Position numbers and translations under genes: made by a program. Shown in pieces: positions 62,761-64,000 of a DNA stretch of 64,000 bases. This stretch comes from Convolutriloba macropyga (Eukaryota). The DNA is taken from contig NC_134472.1 in the NCBI RefSeq assembly GCF_964194025.1, forward strand, positions 11,408,001 through 11,472,000, given 5' to 3'. The number at the start of each line of letters is the position of its first letter. The stretch's first letter is position 1. The notes below the pieces were generated by a model. That model did not search any database and was not told where the DNA came from. It worked only from the letters and a program-made list of their open reading frames with translations.

Positions 62761-63058
62761 CAGAGAATTGAAAGTCTTAAGAGATTCAAAAGATCTTAGG
62801 AAATGGAATCGATATGATAAGAGAATTTTGAAATTTTGCATACTTTGGACAAAAAACAAGGTTTGAGTTTTCACTTTTACGCGTAATAATTTTAATTTCC
62901 TAACAATTCAATGTATTTGTGTGTTTGTGACCGTGTGAGGGGGACGGAGGGATTATTAATGAGAGCATACTTTCGGGTGTGTCTGCGCCAGTGCAAGAGC
63001 ACAGTGTGAATGGGTATGTGCATATGCGTGTCAGCAGATGTATGCTTTGTGCTAGAAT

Positions 63059-63407
63059 AATAGATCGAAAGACAACAGATCGAAAGCGAAAATTGGGACA
63101 ATAGATCGAAAATTAAGTTATTCAAGTTGCGTATTCGACAATCAGATTTGAGCGCTTATTTATTATGCAGCAGCATATCACATGTTCTGTTCTGATATTT
63201 TGTTCGGTTGTGATAGATTCATATCAAGTCCCAAGGGCCACTAAGGCATGGCAAAGGATCGCGAGGCATGGCCATAATGTGGTAATTATATTGCAGCTCG
63301 CAAATGATGCTTCTTTTCAGCAAATAAGAAAGATTAATTTTCGATCTGTTGTCCCAATTTTTGTGTTTTTGATCTGTTGCTGTTTCGATCTATTGTCGGT
63401 CACCGTA
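63059..63407. mobile_element. MITE/foldback element with ~60-bp inverted arms built from agatcgaaa repeats
   Basis: 63059-63117 is an imperfect reverse complement of 63334-63394. The right arm extends to ...gtcaccg-TA. Confidence 0.7.
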
Positions 63408-64000
63408 TGCATTCGAGCGTATGTGTTTGTTAGAACCCTTATGTAATCGCAATTGTCTGTACCTTGTACCTTTGGTTTATAAAAGCTCCGATAAGACAAG
63501 AATTGACTTTGTAATCGCTACGCGCCTATTTATAAAATATTGTGGTACAAAGACACGATTTTTATACACAGCGTTCAACAGACCAAACAATTTCAATAAA
63601 ATCAATCAGAAGACTCGTGATATTTGGACAAACTTTTGAATTAGATTCTAGCCGGAATTCTTATCCAATCCAACCAAAAAATGGGAAAAATCTTCCACTA
63701 ATGTAATAAAATTTTCTCCAATAGAATTGAAGTAGCAGACACTGAAATGTATTTGAAACTGTCAACAGATTCACTTTACTTCCTCAGATGCAGTCCTAAA
63801 CAATGAGGATTACTCTTCTTCTTTTGCAAAGACATCAATTCTTTCAATTGGCACAGTTCTTGTTCCAGTAAAAAAAAAGCATACTTCTAGGCTACACTTT
63901 ATTTAATTACTCATATTTCAGTAGATGTAGATCCCAATCAACACCGAGTTCATTATTGATCACTCGCTTAAATCGAGCGATGGAAGTAACTTAAGGCCTA

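Noticed and set aside
63780-63870. Candidate upstream ATG3 exon
   Set aside because: The translation shows no ATG3 motif such as VPC..R or GWVDT.

Overview
AT-rich, repeat-dense eukaryotic DNA, most likely from an invertebrate animal, with spliceosomal introns. I see no prokaryotic features such as CRISPR arrays, operons or rRNA. Five host genes are supported. (1) The first coding exon of a ZnF-UBP (HDAC6-type BUZ) protein on the minus strand (2487-2642). (2) A 7-exon p24/TMED GOLD-domain gene on the plus strand (3599-21563), head-to-head with gene 1 and largely missed by the ORF track. (3) SCYL3/PACE1, intronless CDS (-, 26791-29004). (4) PHGDH, intronless CDS (-, 30816-32351). (5) The last four exons of ATG3 (-, 52521-58546), including one GC-AG intron. 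The rest is mostly mobile DNA: a CRE-like RLE retrotransposon fragment, several APE-type LINE relics, Tc1-like remnants, a MITE, about 15 non-autonomous Helentron/DINE-1-like elements in three families, and ~15.6 kb of nested tandem duplications (33.2-48.9 kb). Two observations stand out. First, a 5'-truncated LINE bounded by a 21-bp direct repeat carries, in its ~1-kb 3' region, an antisense, apparently spliced, K/R-rich ORF that converges on the RT ORF. Second, 13 of 15 Helentron-like copies share one orientation regardless of host-gene strand. All calls come from manual motif reading, with no database search.
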